Shown one piece after another: positions 43,365-58,312 of a DNA stretch of 64,000 nucleotides. Positions within the stretch are counted from its first letter, which is position 1; each line of letters starts with the position of its first letter. The position numbers were made by a program, and so were the translations under genes. Source of the stretch: Octopus vulgaris (taxonomy: Eukaryota); the NCBI GenBank assembly GCA_951406725.2, contig OX597840.1, forward strand, positions 28,582,001 through 28,646,000. Direction: 5' to 3'. The notes beneath the pieces are model-generated. The model was not told where the DNA came from and ran no database searches. It saw nothing but the letters and a program-made list of their open reading frames with translations.

Positions 43365-43540
43365 TTTATTTAAAGCAGCAGAAAATTCAACAAAACCTGT
43401 TACTCTGAGTTTCCCGTTGCCGTTCGTCGGACAGTTTTTGCTCAGAGTAACAGGTTTTGTTGAATTTTCTGCTGCTTTAAATAAAGCATATTACTCTACC
43501 ACTGGTATTTGAGTACTCTTTTTTCCACCTTGTTTCACAT
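43365..43540. mobile_element. Inverted pLTR-like remnant with hammerhead motif (43397-43434, minus)
   Basis: Perfect 45-bp inverted arms 43365-43409 / 43441-43485; ctgt CCGACGA aCG-gcaa-CGg GAA ACTC-a-GAGT A acag. Confidence 0.65.
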
Positions 43541-43777
43541 TTATGTGTTTACTATATATATATATATATATATACATACACCTTTCCTTTTGTTGTTTTA
43601 CTGAAGATTTTGGTGCTTGTCAAGTTGTTGTTGTTGTGAATGCGCTTCTCCAAAGTTCTGGAGCAGTAGATCGAGAATCACGTGAGTGTGTATGCATATG
43701 TACATTATATACATGCGTGTGTGTGTGCGTGTATGTGTGTGTGTTAAAGAGTGTGTGTCTGTATATGTTTGCATGTA

Positions 43778-43809
<32 letters not shown>

Positions 43810-44208
43810 ATACGCATATATATGATATTAAATATATTATGCATATATTTATATATGTGTGCGTGTCAATAAGTGTGTACATAAGCATAGTCATACATAT
43901 AAATGCACACACACACGTATGTGCATATACGTGTGTGTGTGTATGTGAATGTATTTGTATGTATACATATATATGCTTATAAATATATACGTATTCATAT
44001 ATATATATATATATGTATATATGTATATATATGTATGTATATATATATATATATATACACACAAGCACGCATATATATGTATGTATGTATATGCACGTGT
44101 GTGTACGTGTGTATATACGTGTGTGTGTGTGTGTTTATTGTAATTACAGAGAAACACGATGCTATTGTTTCTATTCTGTTAGTCAGAACAGGAAATAGCT
44201 AAATCAAT

Positions 44209-44240
<32 letters not shown>

Positions 44241-44272
44241 AGATAGAGAGAGATACAGTGAAAGAGAGAGAG

Positions 44273-44306
<34 letters not shown>

Positions 44307-44513
44307 AGGCAGACAGACAGACAGAGAGAGACGGGGGGATGCATTTATAAAGAGGGGGAAATAGATACTGAAAAAATTATAGGAGTAGAATGAGGAAGGG
44401 GTGGAGGTAGAAGGGTGGGGGACTATTAAACATAAACAGACACATATATAAATATATTAATGATTAGACATGTGTGTGTGTATATATATACACAAAGAGA
44501 AATATCCATACAT

Positions 44514-44550
<37 letters not shown>

Positions 44551-44636
44551 CGAATAAACACATATATATACACACGCGCAAATATATATATCCATTGATT
44601 ATATGTATGCATATAGATATGTCCGCACGTATGTGA

Positions 44637-44672
<36 letters not shown>

Positions 44673-44853
44673 TTTATTTCGAAAGAATATATATATTTAT
44701 ACACACACACACACACATATATATATATATTCTTTATTTCGAAAGAATATATATATTTATACACACACACACACATATATGTATATATAGGTATAAACAC
44801 ACACACACATATATGTATATATAGGTATAAACACATATATATACACACGCACG

Positions 44854-44885
<32 letters not shown>

Positions 44886-45507
44886 CTCATTGATTATATG
44901 TATGCATATAAATATGTCTGTACGTATGTGAGTGTCTATATATATATATATATATATATAAATATTCTTTATTTCAAAAGAATAAAAGAAGGATATATAT
45001 ATTTATACACTCATACACACACATACGCACACACACACACGAACACACACAAGCACACACATACATGCATATTTTTATGTATACATATATCCGATGTGCA
45101 TAAAAATATATACATATATACATGCATACATATGAACATATATATATATGATGGCGGCGGCGGTGGTGGTGGTAATAGTGATGGTGGTGGCGGAGGTTGC
45201 GGCGGTGGTTGGGTGGTGGTGGTGGTGGTGGTGGTGGTGGTGGTGGTGGTGGTGGTGGTGGTGTTGTGACACTGATTGTTGTTGCTGTTAATGTTGTGTT
45301 GTTGTTTGCCCACGAGTCGGTTTCTGTTTGACCAAAATCTATGATTACACGAAAACCCATTCGTAACATGACCATCCTGTCGGTAGCATACGTCGGTGGA
45401 GGGCTGAAAACCGATTCCGCAGAAGCGAATCCAGATCAACCATATACTCGAAAGGCATGTTTACATAGCAACGTATTTCTATACGTGCATGTATATATGT
45501 ATATATA

Positions 45508-45600
<93 letters not shown>

Positions 45601-46403
45601 CATACATGCATACATATATATATATATATATATATGTATGTATACACACATACACACTTATATATACGTATTGTAGTATAGTTTTTACTTTGATTGAAAC
45701 TTAGAGTTTGTCTTGCGATTCGTGTTTCAGAAGATCGCGCTATCGTGAAACCCGAGTCGTGAGGGCGAACTGGCAGTACGTTGTGATGTGTGCGGATGTG
45801 TGAGTGTGTGGGTGCATGTGTGTATGTGTATGTGTGGGGGGAGGGGTTCGTACGTGTGTATGCATGTATGTATGTATGTATGTATGTATGTATGTATGTA
45901 TGTATGTATGTATGAATGTATGTATGTATGTATGAATGTATGTATGTATGTATGTATGTATGTATGTACGTATGTATGTATGTATGTATGTTTGTATGTA
46001 TGAATGTATGTATGTATGTATGTATGTATGTATGTATGTATGTATGTATGAATGTATGTATGTATGAATGTATGCATGCATGTATGTATGAATGTATGTA
46101 TGTATGTTTGTATGTATGTATGTATGTATGTATGTATGTATGTATGTATGTATGTATGTATGTATGAATGTATGCATGCATGTATGTTTGTATGTATGTA
46201 TGTATGTATGTATGTATGTATGTATGTATGTATGTATGTATGTATGTATGTATGTATATATGTATGTAAGTATGTATGTATATTATGTATGTATGTATGT
46301 ATGTAGACATAGATGCTGGGAGACTGGTTGAACAGGCCACCCAGGCGGGATAATAAATTTCACTCTACTAAAACTATTGTTATTTCATGAGTAAATGTTT
46401 TAT

Positions 46404-46448
<45 letters not shown>

Positions 46449-46535
46449 TAGATAGATAGAGAGGGGGGGAGAACGAAAGTGAGGTGGGGTTAGAGATATA
46501 AATATGCATCCTATGAATGTAAGGATACCCTCTGC

Positions 46536-46626
<91 letters not shown>

Positions 46627-46679
46627 ATATGTATATATATATGTGTGTGTGTGTATATATATATGTATATAGATTTATG

Positions 46680-46730
<51 letters not shown>

Positions 46731-47679
46731 TATATATACATATACATATGTATATGCTTGTGTGTGTGCTTGTAAGTATGTATATGTACACATATATACC
46801 TGCGTGTGTATATATGTGTGTGTGTGTGCACGTGTGTATCCATGCATTTACACGTAGGTACATGTATATACACATGTACATGGATACATACACGCCCTCA
46901 CATTCCCGGCCTTCGTATACACTCCGTGTATTGAATTTTATTCGCAAGCTCTTGGTCTATTGGCGGCAATGATCGAAATTTATGCTCTCTAAGTCTCATA
47001 TATCGCGCAGCAAGATCGAAACACAAACCCCTCGTTTCGAAGGAAACTCTCTAAGTACACGGCCATAACTAAATCAAACGTTTTATATATATACTCGTTG
47101 TTTTAGTGTTGCAGTTGTAGTGTTGCATGGTGATTCATTGTGTGTTAAAGCTGAAAATTATGTTAATCAAAAATGGCCGCCGTAGCCGCTGCGATGGCCG
47201 AGACAGTTGCAAATGGCTGAGTGAGTTGGCTTGTCGCTATTTCCGGGATTCCCGACTTTTGTCTTTCATCACAGATGAATTCATTTCATCGCTGTAAATT
47301 TAACAGCATAGAAATTCCCGCACAATACTGAATTTGTCTGATATTTCTAGCAGGTTGATTGACCCTGTAATATCGCTTTCTTTACGGAATTCATGTTACG
47401 TTATCTGAAATATTTATCTATTTCATGTGTGGGTGTTACGGAGATACGGTATTTTTTTTTTGTATCTTTTTGCTCGCCATCTTTATAGACATTTTATCTG
47501 TTCTTTAACTACCGCCTTATTAGCAAAGAAAGATTCACCACATTCGATTTCAATGTCAAGCAACACCCTCAATGATATGCTAATCTATATATAAATTTAC
47601 ACTCACACATACACATACACAAAAACACTTACACACAATCACATGCACACACAGACACACACCACACTTACATGCATAC

Positions 47680-47749
<70 letters not shown>

Positions 47750-47846
47750 TCAGCAAAATTTAGATTCAGATGAATATGGTACTTAAGTTAAAGGCAGCAA
47801 AATTTTGTATGGTATTATCCATATAAATCAAATGTGGGTGATTATA

Positions 47847-47977
47847 ATCAAAATAAGCAACAAGGATATCCAAGGTAGAGTAGTACAATTGTTTCATGCT
47901 ACTTTATTTTATTAAAATGAAGTAGCATGAAACAATTGTACTACTCTACCTTGGATATCCTTGTTGCTTATTTTGAT
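47847..47977. repeat. ~64-bp-arm hairpin containing a half hammerhead (GAAACAATTGTA)
   Basis: Near-perfect inverted arms, with (TA)n nearby on both sides. Confidence 0.8.
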
Positions 47978-48904
47978 ATATATATGTATATCGTTAAAAG
48001 TATAATCGCTGCCTTAAGATATATAATATTCAGAGAACAAGTATATCTAACAAATATTTCCACCATCAGCTGCCGTAACGGAAATCCTTATGGTTTCGAC
48101 ACTTAGACAGTACCATTCAATCTGGTGGTGTCAACAGCGTTAAAAGCATAATCGCTGCTTGGGAATTAATAGATAAGAAAGCGGAGTGAAACATTAGCGT
48201 AATATGTCCATTAAGTCTACATCTGCTTCGTGTTAAAAATGCAAACATCGAGTACAAAATCGTATCAAACCTATAGTTTATATAGTATATATATATATTC
48301 TTTATTTCAAAAGAATAAAACGATATATATATTTATACACACACACACACACGAATACACACGTAAATGCATATCTTTATGTATACATATATCTGATGTG
48401 CATAAAAATTTATACATATATACATGCATACATAGGAATATATATATATATGATGGCGACGGAAGCGGCGGCGGCGGCGGATTGTGGTGGTGGTAGTAGT
48501 AGTAGTGGTGGTGGTGGTGGCGTATCACACCTTTAAAAGAGTATCATATCGGATAATAGCAAAGCTTCGGCCAAACTATTCAGAACTGACGTATCTTCTG
48601 CGCAGTAATTTCGTTGAGAAATCCAGTTCATCTAAAATGGCTGCCCAGTATTCTACAATTGAACGAACTAGCAAATAAACAGACTTTTCGTTGTTAATGA
48701 ATGGCGACGTGTTTATTTACTCTGCAAATAAAACTTTAAACAATGAAATTATTAATCTCTTTTTTTTTCCCCTTCCGTACTATAACAAGCCCTCCATCTT
48801 CACTGCTTTGCTATATTACTTGTTTATCAAAATATTTCAAGCAAGCTACAACGCTCTACTTCAATGTTTACGGATGTATATATGATCAATATTTTTTTTG
48901 TGTG

Positions 48905-49104
48905 TGTGACCTCCTTCGGTCATGAATAACCATGGAATTGCACCTAGAAAGTTTCCCTCCGAGGCACAAGTCCGAGCAAGGTTGTTTATTTAAGACCAGC
49001 AGTCGCTCATGCATACCAGCCTCCCCTCTCCACGCCACTGATGTTATCCAAGGGAAAGGCAAAGGGGGCCGATACAGCTTGACACCAGTGACGTCGCAGC
49101 TCAT
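48905..49104 (-). mobile_element. Unclassified retroelement-like fragment
   Basis: GC-richer block abutting the SINE B copy; single copy in the window, class not resolvable. Confidence 0.35.
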
Positions 49105-49419
49105 TAATTAACGTGCAAGTGGCTGAGCACTCCACAGACACGTGTACCCCTAACGTAGTTCTCTGGGAGATTCAGCGTGACACAGAGTGTGACAAGGCTG
49201 GCCCCTTTGAAATACAGGTACAACAGAAACAGGAAGAATGAGTGAGAGACAGTTGTGGTGAAAGAGTACAGCAGGGTTCACCACCCACCCCTTGCCAGAG
49301 CCTCGTGGAGCTTTAGGTGTTTTCGCTCAATAAACTCTCACAATGCCCGGTCTGGGAATCGAAACCGCAATCCTACGACCGCGAGTCCGCTGCCCTAACC
49401 ACTGGGCCATTGCGCCTCC
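49105..49419 (-). mobile_element. SINE family B, tail type 3
   Basis: Reverse complement of the 33995-34305 sequence. Confidence 0.88.
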
Positions 49420-50233
49420 ACATGATCAATATATAATCTGTATATAATGTGTATGGTCCGTAGTCAAACGGTATGGCGGTGAATGTATCGATAATTAATT
49501 GGCTAGTGATGTAATTAACGTGTGACGGAATTATTTCGCGATTTAACTTTCTTGCGACGTAATTACCGTAGGCTGTAATTTTCATGCAACGTAATTAACT
49601 TGAGATATCATTACCTTGTGATGTAATTGTCTTACGGTATAATTAACTTACGATGCAATTTACCTTATGACGTAATTATTTTACGATATAATTATCCTAT
49701 GATGTAATTAGCTTGGGATGGAATTAATTATTTTACGATGTAATTATTTTACATTTTGCGACGTAATTAACTAGATTTGGAATTTTTTTATCTTATGATA
49801 TAACAAACTTGAAATTTAATGATCTGGCGATGAGATTACCCGCGATGAATTTATGATTTATATTCTCCCGAGACACTAACCAATGGGTTATGAATTTCTC
49901 CCTGAATTCACCTCTCTGTCATCACAGCTATAAAATCGGGCGTTCATGATTCTCTGGTGGTGTGTGTATGTATCTACAGAATCCATCTTTTTTAGCACAC
50001 CTTCCTACCTAATAAGGTGCTCATATATTTTTACCTGAGCTCAGATCATTGCACTCAATGCTATTTGCAGGTGTTACATACTGACACAAGATATTTATGA
50101 TACCTGTGATGGCATACATAAATGCATTCATATATACATGCATGCATGCACACATACATTCATTCATACATACATACATACATACATACATTCATACATA
50201 CATACATACATACACACATACATGTATATATAT

Positions 50234-50517
50234 AAAGAATTCATCAAGGTATCTTTTTATGTCATCCAAGGAATTGAAATTTTTACCATTAAGACTACTC
50301 TACATATATGTATCTATGTATGAATTTATGTATGTACGTATGTATGTGTGCATGTATGTATGTATATATATATATATATATATATATACATACATACATG
50401 CACACATACATACGTACATACATAAATTCATACATAGATACATATATGTAGAGTAGTCTTAATGGTAAAAATTTCAATTCCTTGGATGACATAAAAAGAT
50501 ACCTTGATGAATTCTTT
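50234..50517. repeat. 284-bp perfect palindrome centred on (TA)n
   Basis: Arms are reverse complements; the ORF track gives identical peptides on both strands (50097..50456 + and 50295..50582 -). Confidence 0.95.
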
Positions 50518-50691
50518 GCCATGAAACCACCTCTATTCTGGTAAGAGGGTATTTTCAAGTTAAAGGAAAGATGGAGACGCATTGTGCAACAAAATGGTTT
50601 ATATTTGGTTGATTAAAAATGTAATGGCAAGTATTTATTGACCTTTTTCTTTCCTTTAAAAATCGGCACGGACTTTCCGGACAACCCAATA
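50455..50691 (+). mobile_element. Mariner transposon 3' remnant
   Basis: LNGKNFNSLDDIKRYLDEFFAMKPPLFW*EGIFKLKERWRRIVQQNGLYLVD*, then TIR ...ggactttccggacaacccaa-TA. Confidence 0.88.
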
Positions 50692-50962
50692 AAAGCATTT
50701 CCATTGTCCCCAGCTCACCTCAACAAAGGAATTTAGCACGTGCGCTTGCACCCTTCCTCCCCCTGTTCCCGAGCCAATGGAATCGAAGCAGTGCTTACTT
50801 TGTAAACCCTTCAAGTCAGGTCACTGACCTTAGAGTAAATTCATCTCTCCCGTCCCCTAAATACCGTAAAGTGTCATGGGCGCTTCCTTTCTTTTCTCTT
50901 CTGTTTAACCTGGTTTTTTAAAAAAAAAAACCCTTGTCTAAATACTTGTTCCTATTTTTCAG

Positions 50963-51043
50963 GTTATGCTCCAAGAATTCAATGCAAAAAACGCACAGTT
51001 TCGAATACTGCCACAATATAAAGTGAAATCGGAAGGTGAAGTG
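50963..51043 (+). CDS. IP3 receptor-like, exon e
   Basis: tttcag|...|gtaagt; VMLQEFNAKNAQFRILPQYKVKSEGEV vs IP3R1 [27 protein letters not shown]. Confidence 0.92.
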
Positions 51044-51057
51044 GTAAGTTACCTGCA

Positions 51058-51595
<538 letters not shown>

Positions 51596-52030
51596 GTTTA
51601 TCACGTGGTTGAGAAACTAACTGACGGTCCCGAAGCAGTTTTTTTATAAGCATATATGAAACGACGGCCTAACGTATAATATTTTTGGCTTCCAAATTCA
51701 ATCCACGTGATAATAGTCAGCTTGGCGCTTTTGTAGAAGATACATGCACGTGATGAGGATCATGGATTCTGAACCCGGGGTGTTTGAGCTTCTGAAGCAA
51801 ACTTCTTAGACGTACATCTATGTTCTGTACATATTCTCGTCGTACATATTCTCGTCGTAACAGCAGCAGCAGTAGTAGCAGCAGCAACGAAAGCAGCAGT
51901 AGCATGGCTCCACAAATGTTTTCCTACAGAAATTGTCAGTTTGTTGAATTCGTTTAACGTATTTTGACTGTAGAGATTACAACGAAACCAATAATAGCAA
52001 AAACAACAACAGCAACAATGCTGATGATGT

Positions 52031-52095
<65 letters not shown>

Positions 52096-52130
52096 GCGAT
52101 GATGATGATGATGATAACAACAACAACAAC

Positions 52131-52171
<41 letters not shown>

Positions 52172-52297
52172 TAATAATAATAATAATAATAATAGCAATG
52201 ATAATAATAATAATGTTTTGTATATATTATGATAACAATAACAATATTGTTATATATATTTAAATAATAATAGTACTGATGATGATGATAATAAAAA

Positions 52298-52366
<69 letters not shown>

Positions 52367-52426
52367 CAGTAATTATAATACAAGACCATAAATATATATA
52401 TGTGTGTGTGAGTGTGTCTATGCATG

Positions 52427-52515
<89 letters not shown>

Positions 52516-52876
52516 GTATGTATATATATATAAAGCGACAGCGTAAATAATTGAAGACAAGTATGGCGAAAGCCTGTTTACAACCCTCTCCATACAATGG
52601 AAAATATCGATTGTAAAAACGCCTCTGTAACCACTAACCGACCAACCGACCAACCGACCAACCGACCAACCGACCAACCGACCAACCGACCAGCCAACGG
52701 ACCCCAGCCCGCCAGCCAGTCCCCTCCACCAAGCCTTGTAAGTCAGGCGGTCAGACAACTACCATATCGCTGTGATCTGTGCAAATAAATTGAACTATGT
52801 CATAGAACAACGAGTAACAGCAACGCATTGATTAACTATTGAAAGAGAAAGCATGATTAGCTGGAATTTTATGTAC

Positions 52877-52910
<34 letters not shown>

Positions 52911-52951
52911 ATTTTTTTGTATTTTTGGCTCCAGGCTTTATTTGTCATAAT

Positions 52952-54100
52952 ACTGGTTTAGCCCACTCTGCAGTTTGTGGTTTTTCGTTAAATTCACTTG
53001 TTTCGTGAATTTCAATCGAAAGAATTTAATGATGGCGTTTTGAGCCTTTGAATCTGTAATCTTGAAAATTCGTGGCTTTAATCCGCGAAGTCAAAATGCT
53101 TCAAGCGATCAACAAAAGACCGGTATCAACTTGAATTCCTGAGCTTGGAACACAACTACCATATCGCTGTGATCTGGTTTAGCCCACTCTGCAGTTTGTA
53201 GTTTTTGTTAAATTCACTTGTTTCGTGAATTTCAATCGAAAGAATTTAATGATGGCGTTTTGAGCCTTTGAACCTGTAATCTTGAAAATTCGTGGCTTTA
53301 ATCCCCGAACTTAAAACGCTTCAGGCAATCAACAAAAGTCCGGTATCAAATTGAATTCCTGAGCTTGGATCACAACTACCATATCGAAAGAATTTAATGA
53401 TGGCGTTTTGAGCCTTTGAACCTGTAATCTTGAAATTCGTGGCTTTAATCCCCGAAGTCAAAACGCTTCAAGCAATCAACAAAAGTCCGGTATCAACTTG
53501 AATTCCTGAGCTTGGAATACAACTACCATATCGAAAGAATTTAATGATGGCGTTTTGAGCCTTTGAACCTGTAATCTTGAAATTCGTGGCTTTAATTCCG
53601 AAGTCAAAACGCTTCAAGCAATCAACAGAAGTCCGGTATCAACTTGTATTCCTGAGCTTAGAACACAACCACCATATCGAAAGAATTTAATGATGGCGTT
53701 TTGAGCCTTTGAACCTGTAATCTTGAAAATTCGTGGCTTTAATCCCGAAGTCAAAACGCTTCAAGCAATCAACAAATGTCCGGTATCAATTTGAATTCCT
53801 GAGCTTGGATCACAACTACCATATCGAAAGAATTTAATGATGGCGTTTTGAGCCTTTGAACCTGTAATCTTGAAAATTCGTGGCTTTAATCCCGAAGTCT
53901 AAACGCTTCAAGCAATCAGCAGAAGTCCGGTATCAACTTCAATTCCTGAGCTTGGATCACAACTACCATATCGAAAGAATTTAATGATGGCGTTTTGAGC
54001 CTTTGAACCTGTAATCTTGAAATTCATGGCTTTAATCCCGAAGTCAAAATGCTTCAAGCAATCAACAAATGTCCAGTATCAACTTGAATTCCTGAGCTTG
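52952..54100. repeat. Tandem satellite: 2 x ~220-bp then 5 x ~147-bp units
   Basis: cacaactacc-type landmark at 53151, 53371, 53518, 53664, 53811, 53958. Confidence 0.95.
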
Positions 54101-54462
54101 AAAGACAATATTGAGTTTCTTCGTGGCTCACTTTAATTTAGTTCATTTATATATTTGTATAAGGCACGTGGTTTAGTGGTTTAGGGTATTCGGCTCACGA
54201 TCGCAAGGCCGAGAGTTCGATTTCCGCACCACGCGCCTTCCCCCCAACATTTATAAGATCCAGTTGAAATACCTGTCTCACTAATCAACACAGTCGCTTA
54301 CCTTTATTCTGATATCGTAATACTTTGAGTTGCTTCCATTATTTTCTTAAAGAGGAAACAATAATTCGATTATAATCGAATTATAATTTATTTTATAAGA
54401 AAAGAAGGGAAGCAACTCAAAAAATAGATAATTATATACTTTTTTAATGCTTCAGTATATAT

Positions 54463-54628
54463 AGGCGCAGGAGTGGCTGTGTGGTAAGTAGCTTGTTTAC
54501 CAACCACGTGGTTCCGGGTTCAGTCCCACTGCGTAGCACCTTGGGCAAGTGTCTTCTACTATAGCCTCGGGCCGACCAAAGCCTTGTGAGTGGATTTGGT
54601 AGACGGAAACTGAAAGAAGCCCGTCGTA

Positions 54629-54674
<46 letters not shown>

Positions 54675-54908
54675 TGTGTGTGTGTTTGTGTGTCTGTGTT
54701 TGTGCCCCTAGCATTGCTTGACAACCGATGCTGGTGTGTTTACGTCCCTGTTACTTAGCGATTCGGCAAAAAGAGACCGATAGAATAAGTACTGGGCTTA
54801 CAAAAAAGAATAAGTCCCGGGGTCGAGTTGCTCGATTAAAGGCGGTGCTCCAGCATGGCCGCAGTCAAATCACTGAAACAAGTAAAAGAGTAAAAAGAGT
54901 AAAAGAGT
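54463..54908 (+). mobile_element. SINE family A, full length, young-looking
   Basis: Complete head, microsatellite and (taaaagag)n tail. Confidence 0.9.
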
Positions 54909-55346
54909 ATTTATTCAATAATAAATGAGCAAAGATTTTAGCCATGATTCATGAGAATGATATTTTGTGGTTTAAACACAATTTGAAATCTCTTGCATAA
55001 GCATTCTGAAACAAAGTTTCCATTAAAAGTAACAGATTGGGAAGTTACACAAGCAAATATAGGTTGGCCAATTGTTGTTACCTCGCATTGCATGAAGAAC
55101 CATGTTGTGGCGAAACTAACAGGTTTAATGCCAAACGGAATATCTAGCACTCTTCAAGTTAGCATTGAGATATGTTTCGCTTCATATTTCGTTTCCTTTT
55201 GCTTAATCCATTTGTATATATGGGTTGCACAGTGATAGCCATAAGCTTTAAGCTTATATAAAAAAAATACCAGTATTATTATTTACAGGATTGTAAAACA
55301 CGGTGCCGTATAAAAAATGCCATTCGCACCGAAAATATAAATCTAC

Positions 55347-55377
<31 letters not shown>

Positions 55378-55512
55378 CGTATGTATGTATGTATGTATAT
55401 ATATATATGTATGTATGTATGAATGTATGTACGTATGTATGTATGTATGTATATATATATGTATGTATGTATGAATGTATGTACGTATGTATGTATGTAT
55501 GTATGTATGTAC

Positions 55513-55597
<85 letters not shown>

Positions 55598-56039
55598 CAT
55601 ATATGTTTGTGTGTCTGTGTGTTTGTCTCCCCACCATCGCTTCACAACCGATTTTAGTGTGTTTACCCTCCCCGTAACTTAAGCAGTTCGACAAAAAGAG
55701 ACCGATAGAATAAGCATTAGGCTTACAAAAGAATAAGTCCTGGGGACGAGGTCGATTTGTTCGTTTAAAGGTGTTGCTTCAGCATGGCCGCTGCCAAATG
55801 ACTGAAACCAGTAAAAGAATAATAAAAGACTAACTGCAATAGATAACACATAACTGTATAGAAATGGGTTTTGGGTCTCTTGGAACAGAACCGAATTATT
55901 TTCCACTTCTTCTTTAGTTTCTTAGCCTTACACGAAGACAAAAATGGATGACCTATCACTTGACAATCTTTACGTCTACGTAGTTACTTTGTAATAGACT
56001 TCTACATGTACTATAAGGTTTTTGCGTCTCTCCCCGCAG

Positions 56040-56137
56040 GTACAAATCTATGACCAAATTGTTTTCGAAAGTATAAAATCACCTGGTCACTATTTTCACG
56101 CCAGCCAGTCTTTTCAAATTGACCACTTCACAATTGG
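56040..56137 (+). CDS. IP3 receptor-like, exon f
   Basis: ccgcag|...|gtgagt; VQIYDQIVFESIKSPGHYFHASQSFQIDHFTIG vs IP3R1 [21 protein letters not shown]. Confidence 0.92.
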
Positions 56138-56159
56138 GTGAGTAAGCATTTTACATATA

Positions 56160-56568
56160 TCTTTATATATAAAAGAGAGGTTGTGTGAGTGTCTGTCTCC
56201 TACGATTTAGATTCCTAACTACTCCCACATTTTGCGGTGCAGTTTAACTAAAACCGGGTATCTTATAGTCGTGATTCATATCGAGCCCTTCTGGGTATTA
56301 GCGCGCGTCTACGATGAGTCTACGATTTTTAAAAAAATTTACCATCAATTTTTCCCATTTTTGATGCGTTTTTGGCATATATAAGGGAAGTAACTCTCTA
56401 AAAATTTATTATTAAATCTCAGAACGTAAAAAGCTACAGTAACACCCCCCCCCTTTGTGTTTAGCCATATTGAGATGGCTATTATAGGCTATTATACTTT
56501 ACATCTCTAAAAATGCTTATATAGTTATTTCCCTTACAAACCCGAGCAACGCCGGGCGATACTGCTAG
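56160..56568 (+). mobile_element. Non-autonomous Helitron
   Basis: A|TCTTTATATATAAAAG 5' end; 3' GC hairpin cccgagcaacgccggg (56541-56556) followed by CTAG|T; no TSD. Confidence 0.88.
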
Positions 56569-56688
56569 TATATATATATATATTTCATTATATTTTATTA
56601 TCTTATTTTATGGCTCTTTCTAAGAGGTACATCAATGGGTTGAAATTCATTTCTGATGACAAAAGTGACAGGGGAGCACTTATAAATC

Positions 56689-56810
56689 GCTGTTTCCAGG
56701 ATATATATTAATTATATCGCTTCATCGGAGACGTATGACTTAATCAGCTTCTCACACCGTCTCCGATGAAGGGATATCATTAATAAATATCCTCGAAACA
56801 GCTGTAAGGC
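56689..56810. ncRNA. Inverted pair of hammerhead-like motifs (CCGATGA core)
   Basis: + strand 56759-56810: gtct CCGATGA a GGGATAT-cattaataa-ATATCCT c GAA ACAGCTGT A aggc; inverted partial copy 56689-56733. Confidence 0.55.
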
Positions 56811-57028
56811 CTTCTATCTATAAATGTTCTAATATCAACACAGCCATGGTTTTTTTTTATCTCATTACGCAAAAAAAAAATTGTTATATACACACGCTGA
56901 CATAGAACCAACGTTGAACCCCTTACTCGCAAAATTACCGAATCTGGAACTTAACTATGGTCTGTCTATAGCACTTATTCAGCATTACCTGACACCTTTG
57001 GGTCTCAATGACACCATTATCTATCTGT

Positions 57029-57096
<68 letters not shown>

Positions 57097-57260
57097 CATT
57101 ATTGGTGAATTGAAGAAATGGAGCTGAACGCAGATTGAACAGAAAACACCATATGGTTGTACCTCCAACCGTGCTGTTTTACTGCTGTGATTTTTGCTAC
57201 TAAGGTATCGGTTAAATTTTTGATTAATCTACTACAAGATTATTCATCTTTCTATTTCAC

Positions 57261-57303
<43 letters not shown>

Positions 57304-57503
57304 GGAACAAAAACGCAATAGAGGGCATTAAAACGTTCGGACAGACGATACAAAGGCGGACAAGAGAAACAACAATAGGAAGGGCAGACAAAAACAAAGG
57401 GTTCAGTCTTGACTTTCGTCAGTCAAGTACCAGAAGTCACAACTATTTCGGACTGTTACACTTATATAGATATATAATTTCCGTATCTTCTTCTATTGTC
57501 CAG

Positions 57504-57591
57504 ATCTGAAATAAATCTCGGCGTTGAACGATCCGGGTTCACACTAGTCCGATTTGCAAAAGAAAATCCAGAACTCACACATTTTGTGAGG
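57504..57591 (+). CDS. IP3 receptor-like, exon g
   Basis: gtccag|...|gtatgt; phase 2 to phase 0; SEINLGVERSGFTLVRFAKENPELTHFVR. Confidence 0.9.
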
Positions 57592-57659
57592 GTATGTATT
57601 ATTTATATTATCTTTATTATTATCAATATTAATATTATCATTTTTTTTCTATTTATACA

Positions 57660-57865
57660 CTTTTACTTGTTTCAGTCATTTGACTGTGCCCATGCTGGAG
57701 CACCGCCTTTAGTCGAGCAAATCGACCCCAGGACTTATTCTTTTGTAAGCCCAGTACTTATTCTATCGGTCTCTTTTGCCGAACCGCTAGGTTACGGGGA
57801 CGTAAACACACCAGCATCGGTTGTCAAGCGATGTTGGGGGGACAAACACTGACACACAAACATAT

Positions 57866-57919
<54 letters not shown>

Positions 57920-58075
57920 GACGGGCTTCTTTCAGTTTCCGTCTACCAAATCACAAAGCTTTGGTCGGTCCGGGGCTATAGTAGAAGACACTTTCCCAAG
58001 GTGCCATGCAGTGGGACCGAACCCGGAACCATGTGGTTCGTAAGCAAGCTGCTTACCACATAGCCACTCCTGCAC
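57660..58075 (-). mobile_element. SINE family A
   Basis: Full-length reverse copy. Confidence 0.88.
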
Positions 58076-58312
58076 CTCTATATTAATATAATTATTGTTG
58101 TTGTCATTGTTGTTTCAGTGACTTATCTGTACATGCGTGCGCATGCGCGCGTGTGTGTATATGTGTGTGTCAGTACGCACATCATGTACATTATGTCGAA
58201 GACTGGAATTTTACGGTATTACGCTTAATTCTTTAATTACGTGTGATTCGACACTGCATGGTATATACATTTCGCTAATATAGATATTAATATAAAGCTG
58301 TACACACAGATG

